Assembly (NCBI GenBank): GCA_951406725.2
Contig: OX597819.1
Span: 30,008,001 to 30,072,000 of the forward strand
Direction of reading: 5' to 3'
Source: Octopus vulgaris
Taxonomy: Eukaryota
Length of the DNA stretch: 64,000 bases
A program made the translations under genes and the position numbers. The notes below the pieces were generated by a model. The model had not been told where the DNA came from. It worked only from the letters and a program-made list of their open reading frames with translations, and did not search any database. This document shows positions 10,961-24,599 of the stretch, piece after piece. How positions within the stretch are numbered: position 1 is the first letter of the stretch; every line of letters starts with the position of its first letter.

Positions 10961-13319
10961 ATATATATATACATATATATGTGTGTGTGTGTGAGTGTGT
11001 GTGTAGAGAGAGAGAGAGAGAAAGAAACAGACAGACAAACAGACACAGAGATAGTCAGACTGATAGGTAGCTAGATAGATAGATAGATAGATAGATACAT
11101 ACATACATACATACATACATACATACATACATACATACATACATACATACATACATAAATACATACATACGTACATACATACATATATGCATACATGCAT
11201 TTTTATGTATGTGAGAGAGTGCATGTATATGCACGCATCTGCAGTTAGAGGAAGAAAATATATAAATAAAAAGAGAGAGATAATTAGAGAAAAAAAATAA
11301 AGGAATATATATACATATGTAGAAAGAATTGAAGATAAAGATAACAAAAGTTGGAAACGGTATGAGGAAAAGAAGAAGGGAGACAATCTATCTTGTTCGG
11401 TAGATATGTTCCTTTGTGAAGCAAATCTAAGCAGAATCTTATGAAGATGTATTGTATGAACTACTAGTAATTCTTATTCTACCTCAGTCAACACAAGGAA
11501 TGTCATATCTGATAGCAGCTTGTTGAGCTTATTTTTTAAACAAAAGCTCAAGAATTAACTCTAGTGGCAACGAACCATAGCTCTTATGTACAGTATAGTA
11601 ACCACTTGAATAATGCTTCTCATTAGTCGAATACCATAATTTATAACTAAACGGTGTATGTAATTGCATTCTCATAGCTATATCTGTGTTCATCCACATC
11701 TTCCAGCTCCAATGCGGCTCATGGTAATTCTCTCAAATGTCTAAATAAATATCTTATATATTCAGCAGAATCAGATCGTTATGCTGCTTGTTTTTCAGCT
11801 GTTGTTGAAATCTCTCCCTTCCAACTTACACTTTCATTTACCAGTATGTTAACGAAATATATACACAATAGAATAAATACAATAAATTTACCAGCTAACA
11901 AATGTACTTCTATGCCAGTAATTCTCAAGCGATTCGTTACTATTGGTATCTTGCCGCGCTGCAGAGTTTTAGAAATAATTTAAGCTTTAGAAAATCCATA
12001 CTCATATTTGAGCATTTTAAAATAACGTTATTCACAATTTTGTTATAGAAGTAATATGATTAATAAAACCAGGTAAGTTAATTTTTTTTAATGTTTTCTT
12101 TCTAAATGTTCAACTTTCAAAGTTTCATTAACTTGTTATACAAAGTACACCAGTAGCTTTCTAGGATCTCACACAATCCAAACTGAGTTAGAACATCTGG
12201 TCTATATAGCCGATTAGTGCTAGGAATATCCAAATTGCATCAGATTATAATTTACTATGTTAAAAATTGTGGAGAGATGAAGGAGACGACGAGGACGAGA
12301 GGACAGGAAACGAGAGGATGTGACATCACGTCAAGAAACGGGGTTGGGGTGCTTCGAACAACCTCTTTCTTCACCGAGACGTCGAGCGCGACAGACATGT
12401 TTTGAGGATCATTTCAGGGCAATTGTCCTTTCTGGACAGAAACTCGGTAAGAGTGCACGTGAGGATACGACTGTTGAGTTTTGCTGGTTCCTATAACCCG
12501 AAGTTTGGATATATTGTTGCCGATTGCATCTCGAGGTAAGAGCAACCTTACTTGTGCCTTTAAACTACAAAACATATAGGGCAATTTAGTTCTAGATATG
12601 CAAAACAACCCAGCAATGGCTGAGATACTTTTGGTCGATTAACTAAACAACAGCTGATTTCCATTGGTGCTAGAAACTACACTAACTAGTTATTGAATAT
12701 GATTTATGGAACAGCTGACTCATGACAGCTATCAAATACCAGTGGTTTATCTAAAGACAATTACATTCAGATTGTTATTGTTGTATATATTCGATAAGGC
12801 CAATAGATTGCCTCAACAAGATAAGTATCAAACACAGCGCCAACCTTTAGAATAAATCAGCATAGTTATTTGAATAACCACAGTATACTACTCGAACTTA
12901 TTTTATGAAACAAGCTGGAATGATAGATAAAGACTATTCTGACAGATTTGAAACCCAAAATAGAGAAAAACGAATTTTTTAAATAACCTATTAAATTATA
13001 TATGTTTTCATTGATTTTATTGTACTCATTGAACTTATGTATTAGTTATGGTTATCTATTAGTTTCAAAGACAACTACAATATTCCGTGTTTGTAAGAAA
13101 AGGATTAAACGTTTATGCTCGCTCAAGGAAGTGAATAACGTGAAATTTTGATTTCTAATTCGGTCACAAGTCATATACATTAGTCTTTAGTCGAGTATAT
13201 TGACTTCAGTATCTAATTGGCACCTTAACTGATCGCTCTCATCCGAAAGGAGAAAATGCAAGGTCGACCTTGGGCGTGATTTTGAACTCAGAACGGTAAG
13301 GGCTGTAAACTAAATTACC

Positions 13320-13552
13320 TATTTCTTCACTACCCACAAGGGACTAAACACAGAGAGGACAAACAAGAACAGACAAACGGATGAAGTCGATTATATCGAC
13401 CCCAGTGCGTAACTGGTACTTATTTAATCGACCCCGAAAGGATGAAAGGCAAAGTCGACCTCGGCGGAATTTGAACTCAGAACGTAGCGGTAGACGAAAT
13501 ACTGCGAAGCATTTCGCCCGGCGTTCTAACGTTTCTGCCAGCTCGCCGCCTT
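13320..13552 (-). mobile_element. SINE family C, young copy nested in an older family C copy
   Basis: 17-bp TSD CTGTAAACTAAATTACC at 13303-13319 and 13553-13569; decayed family C sequence on both flanks. Confidence 0.88.
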
Positions 13553-13639
13553 CTGTAAACTAAATTACCATAAAGCATTTACATTCACTGTCGTTCCAGT
13601 GATTTCACCAATGCACAGCCCCAGCTAAATGAAATATTG

Positions 13640-13808
13640 ATTTCAAATTTTAGCACAAAGCCAACAATTTCGAGGATAGGGTAATAGATTACATTGACCC
13701 CAGTGCAAAGTCGACCTCAGCCGAATTTGTATTCAGAACATATAGACGGACGAAATGTCGCTAAGCATTTTGCCCGGAGTATTAACGATTCTGCCAGCTC
13801 GCCGCCTT
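13640..13808 (-). mobile_element. SINE family C, internally deleted
   Basis: Ends TCTGCCAGCTCGCCGCCTT; body shortened relative to other copies. Confidence 0.75.
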
Positions 13809-13995
13809 AGAGGGATGAAACATTATGAATGGGAATTGCAATTAAGCAGCTTACTCGGTTTGCTGGGTGTTTACATCTATTCCAGGTACGTACTCTACTC
13901 TCCTAAATATTGACTTCTTTTCCTCTGAAACAATAACCGATATTTTTGTTGAGATTTTTCATGAGTTGAGAAAATAGAAAGATATGAGGCCTAAA

Positions 13996-14310
13996 GTGGA
14001 AGTGAAATGGCCCAGTGGTTAGGGCAGTCGGAGGATCGCGGTTTCGATTCCCAGACCGGGCGTTGTGTGTGTTTATTGAGCGAAAACATCTAAAAGCTCT
14101 ACGATGCTCCGGCAGGAGGTGGTGGCGATCCCTGTTGTACTCTTTCGCCACAACTTTCTCTCACTCTCTCTTCCTGTTTCTTGAGTAACGCTGTGATGGA
14201 CTGGCGTCCCGTCCAGCTGGGGGGAACACATACGCCACAAAAACCGGGCCCATGAGCCTGGCTAGGCTTGAAAGGGCGACGTTTATCGTTTTTTTTTGTT
14301 TGTTTTTTTT
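13996..14310 (+). mobile_element. SINE family A, tail type 2
   Basis: Family A head and body, then CTGTGATGGACTGGCGTCCCGTCCAG tail; TSD-like AGGCCTAAA / AGGTCTAAA. Confidence 0.8.
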
Positions 14311-14906
14311 AGGTCTAAACATTTTTCTAATGCGTTGGTGGCATAATTAGAGTTAAAGGAAGTCGACTAAAATATAAAACGGAGATCTGATCTTAGTACA
14401 CCGATATTTCACTATAAGAGTTTCACTTAAATATTAATTTCATTCTCACTTTTCTTTTAATGTGTCAAAAAGGAAACAACAAAAATAGATCGATGAAAAT
14501 ATATTCTTTCAAAATTTATCATTGATAAGTTACAACAAAATAAAGTCAATTAAATATCCTTTAACATTTAGGAAATAGTCTTTTCAACCAAAATCATATA
14601 TCTGAGATCCGATCTCATCTATCCAAAATTTTATTTCCAAGAATTTCAATTAAGTAATTAATTTGATGTTCGTTTAAGGCAACTGGAAGTAAAATTAAAG
14701 CTAGATTTTTTTTACAACATTCAATACATACCTGGATTTCTTCAATCTTCTAAATATAGGAATGTCTTCAATAACACAACTAGGAAATACGTTTGAAAAT
14801 TTATCTCTTTTATTTCGAATTTTATTTTCATTGATCTCTTTTAATGAATTATTTAAAATTGATTTAAATATGTTAAACTCAATGACTTTCAATATTAAAA
14901 GAATAT

Positions 14907-15112
14907 AAGGCGACGAGCTGGCACGCCAGCCAAAATGCTCAGTTGCATTCCGTCCGTCTTCACGTCCTCAGTTCAAATTCCGCTGTGGTCGACTTTGCTT
15001 TTCATCCTTTCGGAATCGATGAAATAAGCACTAGTTGAGCACTGAGGTCGTTTTAATCGACTTGCCTCCTCCCCTGAAATTGCTGGCATTATGCCAGAAT
15101 TTGAAACCAATA
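14907..15112 (+). mobile_element. SINE family C
   Basis: Family C head and body motifs. Confidence 0.75.
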
Positions 15113-15683
15113 TCACAAGATTATAAAATTATTAGATACAGCTGTCTTTCACAACTCCTTGTAGTATTTTCTCGATAATAATCACACAAATTGATGTGAG
15201 ACGAAAATGTGACAAAAATTGGGTTCATTCTAATCCGACAGGATCCTTGTCTGAAACTTTAGCTTGTAATTCATCTCAAAGCAAACCATTTATATTATAT
15301 TTCCAGTTCGATTAATATTAATGAAGAACTGCATTAACTTACCCATACTATTCCATTTATCTCTTTAATCCGTATTACCTTATTCTACACCGTTAAGCTC
15401 TGAATTGAACATAGGAAAGACAATACGGCATCCGACGTCATTTCGAATAAGTTTCTTATGAAACTCTGAAATTACTTCTAATTAATATTCTGTTATATTA
15501 CAAACGTTTTCTTTGAGAGATACAGAAGAAAACACCAAAAAAGTCTTACTTTTGGCAAATAAACAAAATATAATGTTGTGTTTTAATTGAAACTTTGAAC
15601 AGCGATGGTTGTCTAGACCACATACAGAGTTGTCTAACTTTACGACCATTGGAAATGACGCTACTTTAAATACAACTGATATT

Positions 15684-15767
15684 GGATCTTTACCTTTTGA
15701 CAGTTGATTTTAGTGTTTAGTTACAAAAAATTATTTTTTAAGTCTGTCGGTCAAAAGGTAAAGATCC
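15684..15767. mobile_element. 84-bp miniature relative of the GGATC-TIR MITE
   Basis: TIR GGATCTTTACCTTTTGAC / GTCAAAAGGTAAAGATCC. 8-bp TSD CTGATATT / CTGTTATT. Shares subterminal AGTGTTTAGTTAC...AAATTATTTT with the large MITE. Confidence 0.8.
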
Positions 15768-15779
15768 CTGTTATTGTTT

Positions 15780-15912
15780 AAAATTTGAGCACAAAGCTAA
15801 CAAAGTTCAAGGAATGATGTAAGTCGATTATACCAACCCCAGTGTTCAACCGGTACTTATTTTATCGACCCCAAAAGGATGAGATGCAAAGTCTACCTCG
15901 GCGAATTTCAAC
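15780..15912 (-). mobile_element. SINE family C fragment
   Basis: GGTACTTATTTTATCGACCCCAAAAGGATGA body motif. Confidence 0.65.
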
Positions 15913-17377
15913 TAATATGCAGAAGGTAACCTAACATTAAGTTGGGAAAATAAGACAAAGTTCAAGGAACATGGTGAAGGTCTGCGATGAAGTACCTTAT
16001 AATAAAGCTCGTTATTTTGGATAAATTTATGCCATTGAGAGAAGAAAACATTGATGTTTTGAGCATAACTGGGGTCAGTTCACTGTATTATTTTGACCAA
16101 TGTAAACCACCACCATTGGCATTTGCCTTAGTTGGCATAAAGATTCTTATCTATAATGAGTCAAATGGGATGGTGCGACGTTCTTACTTTTCCGGGAGAA
16201 GTGAAATAAAATAAGCAACAGCTAAAAATTGAAATCGTGCCCCGCGAACACTATTCACCAAAATTTATATTCTTTGTAAAGACCGCCAGTTTCATATTCA
16301 GTAATTTGGTGGGGGTAAGTTGACTACATCGAACCCACTGCTCAACTGGTACTTATTTTATCGACTTCAGAAGCATTTTGCTCGGTGTGCTAACGATTCT
16401 GCCAGCTTGCCGCCTTGTCATATTCAGTAATATTGATACAATTTTATGATCAGGTTATCAGTCTAAAATTGGATTTACTGAGTTGTTTCACAGATATTTT
16501 ATATTCCGGTTTGTCTCATTAATGGAAATTGTTATATTAAAAGCAAATGAAGAAAGCAAACAGATATTACCGTAATAAATACAAAACAAATTCACAAAAA
16601 GCAATACAGCAACACTTTAAAATAACGGAGAACCACTATAAAACTGAAATTCGGAAGAAAAACGAATTTGCCAATAGATTTGAGATCGAAGAAGCATTAA
16701 TTGAATATCGATGTCCAAAAATTTAGTCAAATTCTTTTTGTTGTGTGCGTGTGTGTTGTGTGTGTGTGCGTGTGTGTGTGTGTGTGTGTCCGGAGACAAC
16801 TTAAAAAAGACTAGTCTTTTTCACAATTTTTACAACACGTGGTTTTGAACATTTGTAGTTAATTTACAATTTTCTTCAGATAATTAAGGTTTCGAATGTT
16901 AATTACTATTGCATAAGTATTATAATTCTGTATTTATTAATGTTACGAATGGTCTAAAGAACTAATCAAATGATAAGTATAAGGAATCATGTTTAATTCT
17001 TGTCGGTATCTCAAAATATTTCATCAATATATGTTTAGCTCTGGGTTTAAGAATGTTAAGATGAGAGATCTCCTGCTAAATAGCAAGCTAGCTGCAGTTA
17101 CAACTCTCTGAAGGCGTCTTATAACCATCTTCTGCAGTAAAATGAATTGTAAGCCCGACACGAAATGTCTGCACAGCAAAATACAAAAGCGCCTAAAGCG
17201 TATTTGAACACACAAGTGACAATACCTGATAATAAGTCGGAAAACTCATAACTCAATCGCGTAGGTTTATATATATGCACACACGCACATACACACACAT
17301 ACACACAAATATATATATACATATATACTATAGTTTATCTACATGAACAAGGAAAACAAAGTAATGGTTTTATTAAT

Positions 17378-17442
<65 letters not shown>

Positions 17443-18069
17443 CACCAACAGTAAACAACATGAAATGCGAAAATAAATGAGTTAATACGCAGACAACGAA
17501 AGAGAAGAATGGAAAACCGGACAAGTGACACAAAGAACGACTCTTTATCAGTTGTCGGCTGTTTATCTACTCCTCATTTCGAGCATTCAATGACAATATG
17601 AGTCTTCAAAGACAGCTGCTCCTATAAATACTAAAATAAAATTTTGGATTTATAACGGGTCAAAGTTGGGAACGAAAACAGGACAGTGGGGACATACAAG
17701 GAAACCGAACGAAAACAAACATGAAGGGTCGTTAGACGAGAACGAGGGTAAAATAGCGAACGCTGGGAGAAATATTTTCTTTGGAAAGTGAAAAGATAGA
17801 AGAGAGAGATAGACGTCCAGTCCTTAGGACGTCCTGGAGGAAAAGAAACATGGTCACGTGAGGAAATGAAAGATGGACGATGGTTACGTGTGAGCAACGA
17901 GGGTGAGAAAAAAAGAAAGAGGGGAAGAGAGAGACATATAGAAGGGAAGAAAAAGTGAATTAGAGAAGAATGGGGGATTATGAACAGGCGCGCTTACGCG
18001 AATACTATGAACATTTTTACCCCCTTACTTAGCGGTCATTCGAATAGCTCTTTTGTCTTAATAACGGTC

Positions 18070-18230
18070 AATCACACAGTAATTTCCCTTTGTATAACGG
18101 TCATTTTTCATAGCATTTTTTCGATGGCCGGATAACTGAAGAGAAGGCAGTGTGGATTTCCACCTCGGCATCCGAAACTCGGAGTTTTATCATGGCTACC
18201 GAGTAATTGTCTCATATTACATTTACAGAT
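18070..18230 (+). mobile_element. solo Penelope-like terminal repeat related to the 3' UTR of the 47491-48971 element
   Basis: Shares AGTAATTTCCCTT...TAACGGT...GTGGATTTCCAC..CGGCATC.GAAACTC.GAGTTTTATC...CTACCGAGTAAT with 47560-47715 (-); ends at (TA)n. Confidence 0.75.
18125..18197 (+). ncRNA. hammerhead ribozyme-like motif
   Basis: GATAA-CTGAAGA (18136-18142)-stem II containing GTGGA/TCCAC-GAAA (18174-18177)-CTC.GAG-TT-TTATC; stem I GATAA/TTATC. Confidence 0.7.
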
Positions 18231-18885
18231 ATATATATATATACGTCAACATAAAATTGATAAAATCATTGCTTCGTTTCCCCTGTTCGTATAGGTAAAC
18301 TATAGGTCTTAAGAGTTTCGTGCAAAAAAACACCTGATTGATAAAATGATAAAATATCAATTTAGAATCAAAATATAATTTCATCAAGTTGTCTTAGAAG
18401 TTTAGAATTAATATAAAACATTGGATATCTTCTAGCAATTACGTTTACGAAGACAAAAAAAGAAAAATAAGAAATTTTATATTTATTTTATCTGCTATAG
18501 GCAAATGAAAGAGTATTTACTTAAACTAGCCCATCTATGTATCGTACTTAATGTATACACACTATTGCTAAACCAGATACTGCGATATTTATCTTGGCAT
18601 ATATCGCTAATGGATTTGGTGTAATAAAAACACAATAAATGTCAAAGAGAGACGAAAATTTCTCCCTATAACGGCCAGAGAAAGCACCAGAGAATTCGTC
18701 GTCTCTGATATTGGAAAAAGTGAATAAAACATTTAATGATATTGCGAATAGCTGTCTCCTTTATCAGCGACGACGAATACTCGCCCGAGCGTGTGGCTGG
18801 CTGCATGTTTGTGGAACTGAAGAGACACAAAAAAAGGCCGAAATTTATCTAACGCTTTCGCAGTGCACTGTTGCAATGGATTTTT

Positions 18886-18951
<66 letters not shown>

Positions 18952-19586
18952 GTCTTTTTAACATCTTTAACACAGCAAATCCAAAAGAGATGTTATCTCA
19001 AAACAAATACCTTAGTAACTGGCCTAGTGACAGTGTTTTAACATTGAGTATGATACCTAACATGTTTATTTTATTTCAATAAGAACCTGATCTTGCTTTC
19101 CTGAAGAAAGTACGAAAGAAATAAGAGACCCTATTGCCATCTCATCAGCTTCCTTTTCCACATAGAATTACAGTAAGCTTGGCATGACGAAGCCTGACAT
19201 TGTTAGATGGACTTTTGAAAAGAAATTAAAAATTTAACAATTTAAACATTTAAAGGATATCTGAACGCCAAATTTTCCAGCGTTCTGAATTATTCATCCG
19301 AAAATGAGTTTAACCTGACTACGGTAATCTCGACATATTTAAGTAGCCATTAGCTGGCAATGATTAAGAAATGGTCGAAGAAAATATGCCGTAATAATAT
19401 TTAGTTGTTATAAATGAACCAGCAGGTTTTTAATATCAATAAGACAAACAAATGGACTAGACATTATTATGAATTATCATTCTTGAGCTTCGGGGCAACC
19501 CTAAAAAAGCAGACTATTATAAAGGGTGTCTACTTTGTCTTTTTCAAACATACGACCAATGTGAGCTTTCTTTTTTAAGACACAAA

Positions 19587-19980
19587 TCTTTATATATAAA
19601 AGTAAGGTTGTGTGTCTGTCTCCTACGATTTAGATCCTAACTACTCCCACATTTTGCGGTGCAGTTTAACAAAACCGTGTATCTTATAGTCGTGATTCAT
19701 ATCGAGCCCTTCTGGGTATTAGCGCGCGTCTACGATGAGTCTACGATTTAAAAAAAATTACCATCATTTTTATCCATTTTAATGCATTTTTTCGCTATTA
19801 TATAAGGGAAGTAACTCTCTAAAAATGTCTACGATGAGTCAACGATTTAAAAAAAAATTTACCATAATTTTTTTTTCCATTTTTAATGCATTTTTTGCTA
19901 TCTTTTGGCTATAACTCTCTAAAAATGCTTATATAGTTATTTCCCTTACAAACCTGAGCAACGCCGGGCGATACTGCTAG
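19587..19980 (+). mobile_element. non-autonomous Helitron
   Basis: 5' TC start (TCTTTATATATAAAAG), 3' GC-rich hairpin CCTGAGCAACGCCGGG then CTAG, inserted between A and T without TSD; internal ~100-bp tandem duplication at 19728-19930. Confidence 0.85.
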
Positions 19981-20521
19981 TGTACTATGAAAGAGATTTG
20001 GGAACTATTTGTTGCAGATCAAGAAACAAGTAGAGATTTTCTTCCTGGACTCGTATGTATGCATGTGAGATTGCACATTATATACATACACATATTTACG
20101 CAAGCATGAGAAAGCTATATGCTTGTGTGTGTGTGTGTGTGTGTGTGTGTGCTTGTATGTGTTCTGTGTGTCTGTATGTGTAATGCAGCCTACGCTATTG
20201 TAGCGGCATTAAATAAAAAATAGTCATACTTAATTTATAAACAGGGTATAAGTGCAAGTTGTTGAAGTTTTTGCCCGAAACAACGTCTGATATGGGTGAG
20301 TTATAGAAACACAATACACGTGGGAGAGAGACGAAGAATCGTCACTACAGCGGCTAGCAAGAACGCTTGATACATTTCAGCCTTGTTGGGCTGCGACTAC
20401 CCGTCACTGGCAAGGTTCAACAGAAACCAAAACGCCCCTAGTGTCTTACTAGAGGCTGCTAGAACGGTTTTTCGTCTCCTTTTAATATATACTGTATTTT
20501 TAAAGAGAGTATATGTATATG

Positions 20522-20820
20522 GTGGAGGTGCAATGGCCTAGTGGTTAGGGCAGCGAACTCGCGGTCGCAGGATCGCGGTTTCGATTCCCAGACCGGGCGT
20601 TGCGTGTGTTTATTGAGCGAAAACACCTAAAAGCTCCACGAGGCTCCGGCTGGGGGTGGTGGTGATCCCTGCTGTACTCTTTCACCACTCTTTCTTCTGT
20701 TGGCCTGCTCGCTTAGCCAGCGGGGTGGCGTCATTCGAAGGCTAAAACAATGCGATCGCATTGTGACCAGCGATGTGTAACAACATCTGATGGTCTGGTC
20801 GGTCACGTGATCACGTGATA
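20522..20820 (+). mobile_element. SINE family A, tail type 3
   Basis: Family A head; tail ending GGTCACGTGATCACGTGATA; TSD-like ATATGTATATG. Confidence 0.85.
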
Positions 20821-21859
20821 TGTATATGAGATTGTTTATTTCAGACGAAAAATGCTGCAGCTATCCTGTCAACGTACTATATACTTCAAGTGCGATGCAT
20901 ACATGTTTTCTCTCTTTCTCTCTCTCTCTCTCTTTCCCTATTTATATCTATTTATACACACTCACACACTCATACAAACATATATAAGAAATGAATTTGA
21001 AAGAGAATATATTAGAATAATTGTATTTTAGTTATATTTTAAAGTATAGGAATGGCTTCACATTGGATTTTCAAACTGCTGCAGCAATTTTGATTTTCTT
21101 AAGAACGAGATTAAGTAGACATTCTACAATAATTAATTTATGAAAAAGGAGAATCGTATATCATTGATGTTATTACTGATGTGGCTCAGAACGATATCCG
21201 TTAACGCACCAATTAATTAGTCAACGTTCATGTATTAAGCTTATGTGGCAGTCGCGTGAGAAGGTTACATGAAAGCTTTTCTCCATTCAATATGTCATAT
21301 GACAGAAAAGAGATATATGAACAAGTGATATATTTGTTTACATAAAAGTCTTATAGCTAATTATTATTTACTATTCTGTCGGAGAATGATGCTATCAATT
21401 CATGCAAGTCTCCTCTCATTGAACATGTTAAAACATATCCCTCCTTTGATAACGAGGTGTGAAGTAAGATAAGGAGGTCTGGAGTAAATAAGATAATAAC
21501 TGGTGCATGAATTTTGGTTTCTTAATAACGCGCCTAAGGAGATATTCTACAATAATTAATTCATAAAAAATGAAGAATCGTGTATTACTGATGTTTTTAT
21601 AGCCTCCCTAGAAGTGGCTTGTATTTCTTAATGGTGAATTTTCCTTATTAATTCTTCTTTAGTCTGGAGTATTGTCTGGACATTGATAGAGTGGGAAGAC
21701 GAGAAATTTGAGAGATTTGGTTTATGTGCATGTGTCTAGATGGTCACTAAGTGGAATTTGTCTAGTTTTGGGATCACACATTTGTTGACGATGAATATTT
21801 AATCTCATTCTTAAAGTGAGTTTAGTTTGTGCAATGTAGTCTTTCTCGCATCCATCGTT

Positions 21860-22062
21860 TTCCTCTTTAAGAGATCAGTGACTGTGTGTCACTTTAAAAG
21901 TATATACTTCGAGCAAGACCTAGTCTCAGGTATCGTTTAAGGTTGAGTGGAGACATTAGCTCCCTTGTTCGAGGTATAAAGAAGCGGTTGTACGTCGGTA
22001 GCCAACTGTAAAAGATGTTTTCCTGGGGCTAAGAAAGGCAGTAACATCGTCCAAACCATATA
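21860..22062 (+). mobile_element. decayed member of the ~300-nt HHR unit family
   Basis: AGATGTTTTCCTGGGGCTAAGAAAGGCAGTAACATC matches 29136-29170; HHR core no longer recognisable. Confidence 0.5.
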
Positions 22063-22227
22063 CAATTATATAGATATATAGATATATAATTTGCAGAATT
22101 CGAAAGAACCAGGTATTTGAATAGTGTAAGCACCAAGATCGGGTCGGCGATAGTGCTATTGTGTACAATGTATGACAGCAAATACGTACTCACCAAATTA
22201 AATACGGATTTGTTTCTCTAGTTATTC

Positions 22228-22258
<31 letters not shown>

Positions 22259-22330
22259 TGTATGTATGTATGTATGTATGTATGTATGTATGTATGTATG
22301 TGTGTGTGTGTATGCATGTATGTATGTATG

Positions 22331-22427
<97 letters not shown>

Positions 22428-22849
22428 GTGAGAGCGTATGACCTAATGGTTAGGATGTTGCACTCACGATCGTGGGTTCGTTTCTAGGTAGGCGTTGTGC
22501 ATTGTGCTCTTGACCAAAACACTTTTCGACATCACACCCTGCACCTGTGCAGGCAATGTCGATTTGACGCAGAGAATGAGCTAATCTGCAGCACACACAT
22601 TTGAGCAGTATGATCAAACTGGGTTCAGCAAGAAATTGCAGAACTGTCTTTCTCGGACACAAGAGACTACCATACCTATATGTAAGTTTACTCACGACGG
22701 ATTTCCGTATATTTTCTTTTTATCCAAACTCCTCTCACGGAGTAAAGGTCAACCCGAGATTATGATAGCTGAAATAAATTTGCCCTGAGTGCCTCACACT
22801 CGGATAGGGCTGATACTAATTTTTTAGCCATAGCGCTCTACCTGCCTAT

Positions 22850-23066
22850 ATTGTTTCTAATTTCTGGCACAAAGCCAGCAATTTTAGGGGAGGGGTTAAG
22901 TCGATTAAATTGACCCCAGAATTCAACTGGTAACTTATTTTATTGACTCCGAAAGGATGAATGACAAAGTCGACCTCAGCGGAATTTGAACTCAGAACGT
23001 AAAGACTGACCAAATAGCTCTAAGTATTTTGCCCGGCATGCTAACGATTCTACCAACTCGTTGCCC
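22850..23066 (-). mobile_element. SINE family C
   Basis: Family C body and head in reverse orientation. Confidence 0.75.
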
Positions 23067-24090
23067 TAGTACCGATATTAAAGATGAAAGAGCATCGATG
23101 TTATAAGTTCTTACCTACCTTCAACGACCAATCTGAGACTACCAATCTAAGACTATCAATCTGTGGCTACGGATCTACATGAAAAAGCAATATTTCTGTA
23201 AGAACAAACACCATGACAGTCTGTAGCATAGCAATAACAACAATGATATTATTGAAATGAAGTATATATAACTATGTGTGTGTGTGTGTGTGTGTGTAAT
23301 TCGGTGAGTGGCTATGAAAACAGGAGTACGTATAGAAAATTGAATAACATCATTATGTATATATCACAGGTTTTTCTTTGTATTTTTTCTGTATCAACTC
23401 AAAACTACCACTTAAAATATGCATACGAATATTACACGTACTTACGCACACATTCATATATATCACACACGCACATAGACTCATATACATGTGTGTGTGT
23501 TTGTGTGTATACACTAGATATATAATGTAGTAAAGCTGATAATATGCACATATAGATACATACGTACACATATATTTACATATCTGTATGGAAGTGTGTT
23601 CTTCAAATACCAGAATACCTAAACGCCGTAGTTACTCCATAGGACGCTATTTCAAACGACTCGACTTAACTATTACTATTACAAGGGAAATCTAGCAAGA
23701 TATGAATTGCAAATATAGAATTATACAGTACGACTCGATCCTGCTTACTAAAGCAAACCTGTTTGTCAAAACCATTACAGAGAAAACTGATTTAATGTAT
23801 TGATACGTAGCACATCAAACCATATCAGTCATCAATTATCATAAGTACTGTATAATTTAGTAATTGCCGAGTCTGTGTCTGCTTATATTTGATCAGTAAA
23901 GCATTCTTTAATCAATCTTAGAATTTGTTGAATCGTTCTCCTGAAACCAAAATCATGCCCCATCCACTCTTTATCTAGCTACTTGCTTAGCCTTTCCTTT
24001 TCTCAATCTTTTCTTACTGTTTCTCTGCCTCTGTATAAACATACATACATACATACATACATACATACATACATTCGTACATACCTATAT

Positions 24091-24493
24091 TCTTTTATTC
24101 TTCTAATAGTTTCAGCCATTTGATTGCGGCCGTGGTGGAGCACCACCTTAAGGGGTATTAGTCGAAGAAATCGGCCCCAGGGCTTCTTTGTAGGTCTTGT
24201 ACATATTCTATCGGTCTTTTTTGCCGAATCGCGAAGTTACGGGGACGGAAACAAACCAACGTCCGATGTCAAGCGATGGGAGTGGGGGAAAAACACAGAC
24301 ACAAACATATATCTATATCTATAAATATATATATATATGACGGGCTTCTTTCAGTTTCCGTCTACCAAATTCACTCACAAGGCTGGTTGACCAGAGGCTA
24401 TAGTAGAAGATATTTGTCCAAGGTTCCACACATTGGGACTGAACCCGGAACCATGTATTTGGAAAGCAAGCTTCTCACCACACAGCCACGCTT
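24091..24493 (-). mobile_element. SINE family B, diverged
   Basis: Reverse complement of the 9607-10030 family. Confidence 0.8.
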
Positions 24494-24495
24494 CT

Positions 24496-24593
<98 letters not shown>

Positions 24594-24599
24594 AGTTAT

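Noticed and set aside
12268-12620. GC-richer block that might be an exon or solo LTR
   Set aside because: No convincing frame, splice pair, second LTR or TSD could be found; left unclassified.
18711-19082. 123-aa ORF in unique-looking sequence
   Set aside because: TTG start, spans a (CT)n tract, and has no recognisable domain.
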